DNA of 64,000 nt from an uncultured Myxococcales bacterium (lineage in GTDB: Bacteria > Myxococcota_A > Polyangia > Palsa-1104 > JAEUJZ01): NCBI GenBank assembly GCA_964537055.1, contig CAZHYV010000004.1, positions 46,172 to 110,171 of the forward strand, written 5' to 3'. Shown in pieces: positions 27,891-37,087 of this stretch. Every line of letters starts with the position of its first letter. Within the stretch, counting starts at the first letter, position 1. The notes below the pieces were generated by a model. That model was not told the origin of the DNA. It ran no database searches and saw nothing but the letters and a program-made list of their open reading frames with translations. Made by a program: the position numbers and the translations under genes.

Positions 27891-28397
27891 ATGCGTCTTT
27901 CTCTCTCTGAACAAATTTTTTCGAAAAAGTTACTTACCCAAATCACATTTGCAGGAATGATGTCTTTGGGCATCATCTCTTCGGCATTTGCGATTACTTC
28001 TTCTGATTTTAGCAATCTTTGCCCTTACGTTGCGGGAATTTCTCCTCCCACTGGGGGTAACAACCCACCTGGAAGCAACAATCCGTCTGGAGGCAACAAT
28101 CCTCCTGGAAGCAACACCCCCTCCTGTACCGGAGTTGATTCTGATGCAGACGGATTCCCCGATGCTTGCGATAATTGCCCTACTATCCCAAATGCTGATC
28201 AAACAGATACAGGAAACCTCAAAATCGGCGATGCCTGTCGGCCTGGGGTTTCGGGAGGGGTTGGATGCACAATCGGGACAAATGGTTCTGCTGGACAAGG
28301 ATTTCCTCGATGGTATGCATTCGCCCTGCTTCTGGGAGTGATATCGATGCTCTTCCTGCGCAAGCGGTTTTCTCAAAGCACACATGCAGCTCGATAA
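27891..28397 (+). CDS. small secreted protein with Gly/Pro/Asn repeats, a thrombospondin type-3 (Ca-binding) repeat and a MYXO-CTERM-like Cys...TM...RKR tail
   Basis: DSDADGFPDACDNCPTIPNADQTD. C-terminal GVGCTIG...WYAFALLLGVISMLFLRKR. Confidence 0.55.
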   Translation: MRLSLSEQIFSKKLLTQITFAGMMSLGIISSAFAITSSDFSNLCPYVAGISPPTGGNNPPGSNNPSGGNNPPGSNTPSCTGVDSDADGFPDACDNCPTIPNADQTDTGNLKIGDACRPGVSGGVGCTIGTNGSAGQGFPRWYAFALLLGVISMLFLRKRFSQSTHAAR

Positions 28398-28574
28398 ACC
28401 CGACGGATAGATTTCGGTAGCTATTCTTCATACTAAATCTTATTGCGCTCGACAGGTTCAAGGACGTATGTTTTCTCGATATGAATAAGCCCATCAAACT
28501 TTTCCTCTAAGACCAAATCAGCTTCTAGGGCAGTTGACAAACTGCTCTTCTTTCGTCATCCTGAGGATTCACTT

Positions 28575-29315
28575 ATGATCACTGAGTATCTACGCGCCTT
28601 ATTTGAACCCTTATCCATCCTATTCTGGGTCGTAGATCCTCTGGTTGCTGTACCTATTTTTATTACAATCACAAAGGGCGATTCTATCGAGAAAAAGAAG
28701 GGAACGGCACTAAGGGCAGCGCTGGCTACCTGGATTGCGCTTTCCCTGTTTGCCTGGATCGGCAACTGGATCTTTGAACGTTGGTTTCATATTTCAAGTG
28801 CCGAGTTCCGCATTGCAGGTGGCCTGATTTTGCTTCTCACCGCGATCGACATGGTAAGAGCACAACCCTCTCCTGCTCGATTTACGAAAGAAGAACAAAA
28901 AGAAAGCACCCAGAAGGAGGATGTCTCAATTGTTCCTCTGGCCATTCCCATGCTAGCCGGCCCAGGTGCCATGAGTACGGTGGTTGTGCTTATGCAGAGA
29001 AGTGAGGGAATTTCTAGCCCATTCATTCACAAAATTGGGTTGTTCTTGGCTATTTTTCTTACCTGTCTCATTAGCTGGCTCCTGTTACGCTCCGCTGCCC
29101 GTGCTGAGCATTTCTTAAGCCAAGGGGTTATTCGCGTCTTCGAACGCATTATGGGGCTCTTTTTAGCAGCAGTGGCGATTAACTTTATCATCGCAGGGTT
29201 ACGTGATGAAAACATCTTCCCTAAGCGGGAGGACAATAAACCTATGGCTTCTGCAAAAGAATCAGCTCCTCAGCAAAATCCGTCTTTGCCACCCCCTCAG
29301 GATGTACCAAAATGA
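28575..29315 (+). CDS. marC: MarC-family (UPF0056) integral membrane protein
   Basis: N-terminal region and TM topology typical of MarC. Confidence 0.7.
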   Translation: MITEYLRALFEPLSILFWVVDPLVAVPIFITITKGDSIEKKKGTALRAALATWIALSLFAWIGNWIFERWFHISSAEFRIAGGLILLLTAIDMVRAQPSPARFTKEEQKESTQKEDVSIVPLAIPMLAGPGAMSTVVVLMQRSEGISSPFIHKIGLFLAIFLTCLISWLLLRSAARAEHFLSQGVIRVFERIMGLFLAAVAINFIIAGLRDENIFPKREDNKPMASAKESAPQQNPSLPPPQDVPK

Positions 29316-29321
29316 TAACAT

Positions 29322-30215
29322 TTATCCTTCTCGGGAGGGGAGTTCTGGCTTTTTTCCTTCAAGAGCGGGATTCTTCTCCTCTTGTTTGACTTTTTGCCAA
29401 TACTTATCAAACTCTTCTAGTCTCATCTGCTTCATCTCGCGTCCATCCTCCGCCACCAAGGCTTCTACTCCCTCGAACCGACGGATAAATCGAGCATTTG
29501 CCGTTCGAAGGGCATCCTCTGCTGAAAGACCTAGCTTTCCTGCAAGCCGCGTCAGTGTAAACAGGACGTCGCCTAATTCATGGGCAATTTCCTTTTTGTT
29601 ACCTAGCGCAATTGCTTCGTCAAGCTCTGCCATCTCTTCGGCAACCTTCACACGGACTCCCGCTACATCGGGCCAATCAAAGCCAACCTGTGCGGCTTTT
29701 TCACCAAGCTGATGGGCATAGAGCAGTGCGGGCAATTGCTTCGGGATCCCGTGCAGAACATGTTTTGGTGTCTTCGACTGTTTTCGTTCGGCCTCTTTCA
29801 GCTGTCCCCATAGCACTTTTACCTCTTCTGCATCTTTGACTTTCTGGTCGCCAAAAATATGTGGATGGCGCCGTTCCATCTTTTCAACAATTCGATGGCA
29901 AACATCATCAATGGTAAATTCATGTTTTTGGCTCCTAAGTGCCGATTGAAACACAATCTGGAAGAGCACATCCCCAAGTTCCTCGCAGTGCCCCTGCGTG
30001 TCACTCTGCTCAATGGCTTCAAGCACCTCGTAAGACTCCTCGATCAAAAAGGGTTTTAGGCTGTCGATCGTCTGCTTACGGTCCCACGGGCAGCCGTCTT
30101 TGGAGAGTAATCGCTCCACTAGAGCCACTACTTTTGCAAAAGCACTTCCTGGTTTTGTTTCATTAGATGCATCCATAACCCGGCTTATACAACGGATTGG
30201 AAAAAGAAGAGACAA
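29322..30215 (-). CDS. mazG: MazG nucleoside triphosphate pyrophosphohydrolase
   Basis: Two MazG EExxE motif repeats (EESYEVLEAIE; AEEMAELDEAI). The start may be the internal Met at 30176. Confidence 0.8.
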   Translation of the reverse strand: MSLLFPIRCISRVMDASNETKPGSAFAKVVALVERLLSKDGCPWDRKQTIDSLKPFLIEESYEVLEAIEQSDTQGHCEELGDVLFQIVFQSALRSQKHEFTIDDVCHRIVEKMERRHPHIFGDQKVKDAEEVKVLWGQLKEAERKQSKTPKHVLHGIPKQLPALLYAHQLGEKAAQVGFDWPDVAGVRVKVAEEMAELDEAIALGNKKEIAHELGDVLFTLTRLAGKLGLSAEDALRTANARFIRRFEGVEALVAEDGREMKQMRLEEFDKYWQKVKQEEKNPALEGKKPELPSREG

Positions 30216-30269
30216 ATTTGTTCCTGTAAAGAAGTAGACGTCGTTCCTAGAACTCGGTAGCCTAACAGA

Positions 30270-31436
30270 ATGACGACGTCTTCTTTTTATCTATTTCCAG
30301 ATGATCAGTTTTCAAAAAAGTTTTGGTTGGCATGTGGATCTTTGATTCTTCTTTGTACCTTGGCTTGTAAAGAAAACCAACCTACCAATACAAAAGACAC
30401 CAAAGCTTCTGTCCCCTCGGAGAATGAATTTATTGACGATCTTAGTCTTTTGGCACCAAACCTTAGAAGCATCGCTTATATCAATGTTGCTCAATTAAGT
30501 CATCAAAGCTTCTTTAAACAAATTCTGGAGACATCGAAGAATCTACTCAAAGAATCGAAACACCCCTCTCCAAAAAAACCCACTTCTGAATTGGCTGAAT
30601 CCGCCGACGATTCCGAACAAAAAACCCAACAGAAACAGGATCAGAATGAGAAGAAGCCTTCCTTTGATATTGAGAAACTCTGGACTGTCTGCCATCTGGA
30701 TCCCTTAAAACAAGTTCGTTCGGTTCTGATCGGTTATCAGGATACCGAAACATTTGAGGGTCTTTTCATTATTCGTTCTGAGGTGACCGAGCAGAAGATG
30801 ATCTCTTGCATGACTCAAATGGCCCCCGAGGATGCAAAACGCATGAAAACCACCAAAATCGGAAATGGAACGATGTATCAATTTGAAGGAGAACCAGGTG
30901 CCTTTGGATTTCCCGCAGGGCAACATCGATTCTTCCTAGGGAGTGTGACCGAGGTCAGTCGAGTGCTCAAGCTTTCCTCCTCCTCTCCCCCTTCCGAGAT
31001 TTTATCGATGGCTCAGTCCGCTCGAACTGCACAAGCCCCGGTATGGGTGATCGGGACGCCTAGGGAACAGGGCAAACTTCGTAGCTGGCTCAAAACCGAG
31101 TTCCATTTCGAATCCCCTCTCAAAAGCTTCTTCTTTGCTGTGGATTTTCAAAATCGTTTGCATGTGACGCTAAAGCTGACAACCGCGAGTGAAGGGGAAG
31201 CTCAAAAGCTCCAAAAAGAAGTAACCCAGAAGATGCAGGAGCTTCGGGAGAACCTCATCATTACCCTGATGGGATTAAAACATTATTTCCGTCGTCTGAA
31301 GGTAGAGGTTCAAAAACAGGAGGTTTTCATCGATTTTCAGCTGACCCCTTGCCAACTTGAGGTTCTTATAGAACAGTTAGACTCCATGGATAAGAGCAAC
31401 CCAAAAGCAAACTCAACCGGAGCTTCTACCTCATAG
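30270..31436 (+). CDS. hypothetical secreted/lipoprotein
   Basis: An N-terminal hydrophobic segment with Cys; no known motifs. Confidence 0.45.
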   Translation: MTTSSFYLFPDDQFSKKFWLACGSLILLCTLACKENQPTNTKDTKASVPSENEFIDDLSLLAPNLRSIAYINVAQLSHQSFFKQILETSKNLLKESKHPSPKKPTSELAESADDSEQKTQQKQDQNEKKPSFDIEKLWTVCHLDPLKQVRSVLIGYQDTETFEGLFIIRSEVTEQKMISCMTQMAPEDAKRMKTTKIGNGTMYQFEGEPGAFGFPAGQHRFFLGSVTEVSRVLKLSSSSPPSEILSMAQSARTAQAPVWVIGTPREQGKLRSWLKTEFHFESPLKSFFFAVDFQNRLHVTLKLTTASEGEAQKLQKEVTQKMQELRENLIITLMGLKHYFRRLKVEVQKQEVFIDFQLTPCQLEVLIEQLDSMDKSNPKANSTGASTS

Positions 31437-31502
31437 CCACTTCTCCCCTCGAGAGTACGACTTCCTAGGATATGATTTCTTAAGGGTAATAACTTAAGAT
31501 TC

Positions 31503-33263
31503 TTAAGAAGAAATACGACTCATGGCTTCCTTCAGAAGAAGCTCTATCTCTTTTCCATCGTCAAGCTGCAAAGCTTGTTCAGCCAAAGCCGTAGCCTCTT
31601 TGAAAGTAACCTGATTAATAATATGTTTTGCCTGAGGGATTGAAGCCGGATTCATCGAAAGCTCATCCAAGCCCAAACCTAAAAGCAGTGGCACAAACAT
31701 AGGATTTCCAGCCATTTCTCCACACAGCGAGACCTTTCTCTTATACTTATGGCCCTGCTCTACCGTCATCCGGATCATTCGGATGATTGCTGGATGCAGT
31801 GGATCGTATAATGCCTCTACGTGCTCGTTGGCTCGATCTAAAGCCAAAGTGTATTGAACCAAGTCGTTCGTACCGATGGAGAAAAAGTCTACCTCCTTGG
31901 CCAAATGATCTGCCACTATGACTGCAGAGGGCATCTCGATCATAATCCCCAAAGAAAGATTCTTGCGATAGGGAATTCCCTGCTTCTCTAGTTCTTCCTT
32001 ACATTCTTCAAGCATCGCCTTTGCTTCTCGAACATCATTCAATCCTGATACCATCGGAAGCATCAGCCTCATGTCTCCATACACTGATGCCCGCAATAGT
32101 CCCCGAAGCTGCGTTTTAAATAAAGTTTTTTCCCGTAAGCAAAGGCGTAGAGAGCGTAGTCCTAGGGCAGGATTGAGCTCAGAGGAGAAAGGTATCATTC
32201 CTAGACGGCCCGTCAAAAAAGGCGGCAGCTTATCTGTCCCTAGATCAAAGGTACGAAATGTAGCAGGCCGGTTTCCCAATTGGAGAAGCACCTCTTTCGT
32301 ATAAAGAAAATGCTCTTCTTCCGTAGGATCTGTGGTTCGGTCTAAGAACAAAAATTCTGTTCGGTAAAGACCGATCCCTTGGGCCCCAAATTGCAAAGCG
32401 AGCGAGACCTCTTCGTGAAATTCAATATTGGCAACAAGCTGAAGACGATGATGATCTAGGGTTTCAGCCTGTTTGTCTTTGTTCTTCTTTAGCATTTCAA
32501 ATTGGGCGTGCTGATTATCAATCTGGGTTTGATACATTTGAACCAATTCAGGGGACGGAGCACAAAGAATTTTTCCTGTAGAACCATCGACGATCAGTAA
32601 ATCCCCGGTTCCTAACTGATCGATGGTCTCCCCAATTCCTACAACGACAGGGATTTGGAATGCTCTTGCTAAGATCACCATATGAGATGTCCGTCCACCG
32701 GTCGCAGTAATTACAGCTAAAACCTGCTGCTGGTGCAGGGAAACCAAATCAGAGGGCGATAACTCATAAGCAACAACGATTGATTGGGGGGGAGGTTGAA
32801 CCGGTTTGTCTGGCTCTTTTCCTAAGAGGTTGTGCAAAACCTGTTCACCGACAAACCCAATATCACTTCTGCGTTCTCTTAGGTGCTCAATCCCAATGGC
32901 ATCAAATCTACGCTTTAGATCCTCCATGGTCTTTTGGAGTGCCCACTCTGCATTCAATAGCTCTTTTTGAATCCGTTCATACGTGGGCAAAAGAACATGC
33001 TCATCATGTAAGATGAGTCGATAAGCTTCTAAAATTCCTATGTGGGTGAGATTCGAGCCTTTTGGGTCAAACTTGGTCTTTAGTTGTTCAAACTGATTAT
33101 CTGCAAGAAGAATGGCCTGTTTGAGGCGAAGAATTTCCTCCTCAATCTGTTCCAAGGCAATGTGATACTTAGGAATTTGTAGCCGTCTGCGATCCACAAA
33201 AAAAGCGGTTCCCACCGCAAGACCTGGGGATGCACCAATGCCCTGAATTTGATCTGGCTTCAT
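31503..33263 (-). CDS. ptsI: phosphoenolpyruvate-protein phosphotransferase (PTS enzyme I)
   Basis: Full-length EI architecture with a conserved His in GGRTSHMVILAR. Confidence 0.9.
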   Translation of the reverse strand: MKPDQIQGIGASPGLAVGTAFFVDRRRLQIPKYHIALEQIEEEILRLKQAILLADNQFEQLKTKFDPKGSNLTHIGILEAYRLILHDEHVLLPTYERIQKELLNAEWALQKTMEDLKRRFDAIGIEHLRERRSDIGFVGEQVLHNLLGKEPDKPVQPPPQSIVVAYELSPSDLVSLHQQQVLAVITATGGRTSHMVILARAFQIPVVVGIGETIDQLGTGDLLIVDGSTGKILCAPSPELVQMYQTQIDNQHAQFEMLKKNKDKQAETLDHHRLQLVANIEFHEEVSLALQFGAQGIGLYRTEFLFLDRTTDPTEEEHFLYTKEVLLQLGNRPATFRTFDLGTDKLPPFLTGRLGMIPFSSELNPALGLRSLRLCLREKTLFKTQLRGLLRASVYGDMRLMLPMVSGLNDVREAKAMLEECKEELEKQGIPYRKNLSLGIMIEMPSAVIVADHLAKEVDFFSIGTNDLVQYTLALDRANEHVEALYDPLHPAIIRMIRMTVEQGHKYKRKVSLCGEMAGNPMFVPLLLGLGLDELSMNPASIPQAKHIINQVTFKEATALAEQALQLDDGKEIELLLKEAMSRISS

Positions 33264-33532
33264 TCGTCCTCTCCAAATCGGTTTTGGATCAGTTCCGTGA
33301 GTGCTTGTAGACAGGTTTCTGCCTGAGGCCCCTCACATTGAATCCGAATCTGGCTTCCCAAGCTTGCCACCAAAAGCAATACACCCATGATGCTTTTTCC
33401 ATTCACTCGTTGCCCATCTTTTTCAATCCAAACTTCGCATGGATAACGATTTGCCGTCTGCACAAACTTGGATGCTGCCCGTGCATGAAGACCAGCACGA
33501 TTAATAATCTTAAGCTGTGCCTCAACTAGCAT
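33260..33532 (-). CDS. ptsH: phosphocarrier protein HPr
   Basis: His15 context GLHARAA and Ser46 context KSIMGV. Overlaps the ptsI start. Confidence 0.9.
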   Translation of the reverse strand: MLVEAQLKIINRAGLHARAASKFVQTANRYPCEVWIEKDGQRVNGKSIMGVLLLVASLGSQIRIQCEGPQAETCLQALTELIQNRFGEDE

Positions 33533-33613
33533 AAATTTATTCCTTCTTTTATAAAAAGCGCAACTTTTCTAGAAATATCCATACATATAGCTTGGACACA
33601 AAGGAAGCTAGGT

Positions 33614-34009
33614 TTATTCATGATGGATGCTTTTAGTTCCCGTCGCCACAAGATCATCACCAAGCGCAACAGGCCCTCTTTGTCTATCCACGGTGGCCAG
33701 CTTGATCAGCATAGGCATATTTACGCCGGTGACCACATGCCCCTGTTCAGAGCACTTATGGCAGCACAAACGCGCAGGAGTCGAACCTACCAAATCAACG
33801 AGAAAAAGAACATCTTCGCGGTCCGAGACCAAAAGGCTCTTTAATGCTTCATCAATCTTTTTATCAATCGCCTCGCTGGTATCTTGTGGTTCTACACCAA
33901 CGGTCGCAAGGCCTGGTATTTTCATGTGCAAAAATGATTGGGCGGCTTCTACCATATCAGCCCCAGCTTTTCCATGAGTGACAAGCACAACTGCAGTTAA
34001 AGACACCAT
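33614..34009 (-). CDS. PTS EIIA component, mannose/fructose family
   Basis: VTHG active-site His; LVDLVGSTP and VTGVNMPML blocks. Confidence 0.75.
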   Translation of the reverse strand: MVSLTAVVLVTHGKAGADMVEAAQSFLHMKIPGLATVGVEPQDTSEAIDKKIDEALKSLLVSDREDVLFLVDLVGSTPARLCCHKCSEQGHVVTGVNMPMLIKLATVDRQRGPVALGDDLVATGTKSIHHE

Positions 34010-34037
34010 AACCTATATAATAAATCCTTTCCTCTAT

Positions 34038-34997
34038 TTACTCAACGGCCCCGGAAAAATCACCGGCGCTCCCTTGCATCAACACCTGGTTGAGACGCTC
34101 CTGAAATTCACGGGCAGAAAATGTTCCCTGACGTTTTAACAGCTGGTTTCGGGCAGCCACCTCAACAAGTGAGCTAATGTTTCTACCCGGCCTTACAGGT
34201 ATGCGAACTAAGGGCAAAGCTACATCTAAAATGGCATACCTTCGTTCCTCTGTTCCTAAACGATCATACTCTTCCTCAGGATCCCATTCGACAAGCTCGA
34301 TCACAAGTTCAACCCGCTTTGCGTCGCGTACTGCGGCAACCCCGAATAAATCTTTAATGTTCAAGATCCCCAAACCCCGAATCTCGATATGATGCTTGAT
34401 GAGGGTAGAACCCATTCCGTATAATTGATCAGGAAGGTTTTTCCAAATACGGATGACATCATCGGCGACCAACCGATGCCCTTGTAATACCAGGTCTAAG
34501 GCTGTTTCACTTTTTCCAATCCCTGATTTTCCTAACAGAAGAATTCCTACTCCAAAGACGTCGGTGAGCACACCATGAATCGAAACTGAGGGGGCCAATG
34601 TATTTTCTAGGAATTTTGTTACCCGGTTAATAAATACAGATGACATGAGGGGGGTGGTCAGGAGGGGCACCCGGTATTCCTCCGCCATCTTTACAAAGTC
34701 AGAAGGAACCTCTAAGTCTCGAGTGATCACGACTGCACAAGGACGAAGGCTGACAAGCGCTCGGATTCCTGCGATTTGTTGCTCTTTCGGAAGACTGAGT
34801 AGGTAGGCATGTTCGGTTTGTCCTAAAACCTGTAACCGTTCTGGGTGGACGTGTTTTACAAACCCAGTCAAAGCCAAACCAGGTTTTTGGATGCGAGAGT
34901 TTTTAATCAACCCATCAAGCCCCTGCTGACCAGCAATTAGACTCAGTGCAAGGTCTGCATCCTTCCCAAGAAGGCGTGTCACGGAAATTCCTATCAT
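34038..34997 (-). CDS. hprK: HPr kinase/phosphorylase
   Basis: Walker A GKSGIGKSE plus LVADD. Confidence 0.9.
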   Translation of the reverse strand: MIGISVTRLLGKDADLALSLIAGQQGLDGLIKNSRIQKPGLALTGFVKHVHPERLQVLGQTEHAYLLSLPKEQQIAGIRALVSLRPCAVVITRDLEVPSDFVKMAEEYRVPLLTTPLMSSVFINRVTKFLENTLAPSVSIHGVLTDVFGVGILLLGKSGIGKSETALDLVLQGHRLVADDVIRIWKNLPDQLYGMGSTLIKHHIEIRGLGILNIKDLFGVAAVRDAKRVELVIELVEWDPEEEYDRLGTEERRYAILDVALPLVRIPVRPGRNISSLVEVAARNQLLKRQGTFSAREFQERLNQVLMQGSAGDFSGAVE

Positions 34998-35151
34998 GTT
35001 CTCAGCCTCTTTTTTGAGCTACCTTGTAGAGAATGATCTTCCATTGCGCTCTTTCGAGAAGGTCATCCCCTTAAGGGAATCAAAATTTGTTCTAACAACC
35101 AGGTCTAAGGGATTGCTGAAGCATTTTGTGTCTTGCATGCGAACCTGTAGA

Positions 35152-35742
35152 CTACGTCGCTCGAGAAGATTCCTCATGGGTGGTTTCAATCAGCCCATAC
35201 GAACCATCTTGGCGATGATAGACAACATTAACCTCATGTGTATTTGCATTGTTGAAGCAAAGAAACTGCTCATGCGTCAGGTTCATATGCATGATGGCTT
35301 CTTCAACCGTCATGGGTCTTGCGATATACTTTTCTTCTTTAATAATCTTTGGCGTTTTTGCAGAGTTGGAAACAGGTACATCCTGGACTTGTTGGGATTC
35401 TAGAGTAACAACTTGGTGTCGGATAATTCTCTCAGGGCCGCTTCTAGGACGATGATCTCGGATACGTTCTTTATACTTCCGTACTTGTCGTTCTATTTTT
35501 GCAACAACAAGGTCTATCGAAGAATACATATCTTCAGTGGTTTCTACAGCCTTCAATAAAATCCCGTTGTGAAGAGTAATTTGTACATCAGCAACATGGG
35601 AATGGCTATTCTCAAACGAGAGCACTGCATGTGCTGAGATAGGGTCGGGAAAATACTTACGAATTTTCTCCAATTTTTCTTGGGTATAAACCTTCACTGC
35701 CTCGCTAGGTTCAAGATGACGGAAGGTCACAGCGACCTGCAT
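35152..35742 (-). CDS. hpf: ribosome hibernation promoting factor (long form)
   Basis: Conserved N-terminal RaiA/HPF domain; ~196 aa with a C-terminal dimerisation extension. Confidence 0.85.
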   Translation of the reverse strand: MQVAVTFRHLEPSEAVKVYTQEKLEKIRKYFPDPISAHAVLSFENSHSHVADVQITLHNGILLKAVETTEDMYSSIDLVVAKIERQVRKYKERIRDHRPRSGPERIIRHQVVTLESQQVQDVPVSNSAKTPKIIKEEKYIARPMTVEEAIMHMNLTHEQFLCFNNANTHEVNVVYHRQDGSYGLIETTHEESSRAT

Positions 35743-35966
35743 TGAATCCTCCTTGTTCTTTCATAGTTAACTTCTCTTCTAACTACACCTATCGAGAGGT
35801 TTCGTCAATGAAAGACATGAGGTTTTCGTAAGAAGCTTACTCTTTTGTCATTCCAAAAGTTTTCTTAACCAGGGCTTTGTCAAAAAGTGGCAGAGTAACA
35901 AAGGGATAGATAGCCTGAACGGATGAAAACGACCCGACAATTGTATGGCCAGTATCTCTTGTCGAT

Positions 35967-36971
35967 TTACTGGGACCATAAGCTCAGGGCAAAACCATAG
36001 GCATGTAGAAGGAACTCATTGCCCGGAGAAAGTGTGATCATACTTGGTTTCGATATGGGACCGAGATTCAGAGACTCATCGCCTGTATTAACGTTGTAAA
36101 AGCGCACGGTCCGCCCAGCAACTGCTACAGACTCTTCAGAAGAGGATAGGGCTACGGAAAGAACATCTCCATCTGTTTCAATCTGCTGCACCAAATGGCT
36201 GTCTTTGACCCGCCATAGGGTCAAAAAACTTCCGCTGCCACTAAATAGAAACTCGCCGTGTTTAGAGAATTTGAGGTCCCCTATCGCCTGGGATTTTGTC
36301 TGCTTGATCCGCATCCGTTTCCAGGTCTTGGTATTCCAAATGTCGATGATGCCATTCCTTCTCCCGGCTGCTGCCCATGTTCCCTGATCCGAAAGCACTA
36401 CTTTGGTCACACACGACCCACCCGCAGATAAAACCCGCAAGCGTTTCCCACGGTCTGCATCCCAAAGATAGACAGTCCCTCTATCTCCTCCAGATAAAAG
36501 CAACCGGCCGGACCCATCGAACGATAGAGTGGAAACAAAATCATTCGCTCGATGACCTGTCCATACTTTAAGTTCCTTCTGGGTATTCAGGTCCCAAATG
36601 TGAATGTCACGCCAGTCGTAATCATCTGCACGCCGAGAGAAGGCAACACGCAAACCATGGGAAAGAGCAATGGCTGTGGAATAAAAGCCAACCCTGATCG
36701 ATTTTCCGATCTCTTTTCGCGTATGAGAATCAAAGGTCCGCACAGCTCCTTTGGACCCGGCAGAGATAAATTTTGTTCCATCGGTGGAGAACGCAATGGC
36801 TAAAATTTCCCCATCGTCCGGTAAGTGAAGAGTCCACGTCCACGGAAGTTGAGGTCCTTCCTTACTAGACTCAGCTGAGGCGGCTCCGATAAGAGGCCCG
36901 AGAAAAGCAAAGACAAAGAAGAGGAAAAATGGGAGCATGCGGAATCGGGTTAATTTCATGATTAAGGCCAT
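35967..36971 (-). CDS. secreted WD40-repeat beta-propeller protein
   Basis: Signal peptide and at least five WD-like repeats (for example IHIWDLNTQKE, VYLWDADRGK, IDIWNTKTWK). Confidence 0.7.
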   Translation of the reverse strand: MALIMKLTRFRMLPFFLFFVFAFLGPLIGAASAESSKEGPQLPWTWTLHLPDDGEILAIAFSTDGTKFISAGSKGAVRTFDSHTRKEIGKSIRVGFYSTAIALSHGLRVAFSRRADDYDWRDIHIWDLNTQKELKVWTGHRANDFVSTLSFDGSGRLLLSGGDRGTVYLWDADRGKRLRVLSAGGSCVTKVVLSDQGTWAAAGRRNGIIDIWNTKTWKRMRIKQTKSQAIGDLKFSKHGEFLFSGSGSFLTLWRVKDSHLVQQIETDGDVLSVALSSSEESVAVAGRTVRFYNVNTGDESLNLGPISKPSMITLSPGNEFLLHAYGFALSLWSQ

Positions 36972-37087
36972 ATTCGTGCCGGAAATCTTATGCTACTGGA
37001 AGGGCTCTGTCAAAAAGAACGAAGGACAAAGTGATGTTAACATTGATTCTGTTGGCTCCGGATAAATTTTGGTATAAGTTATCCACC

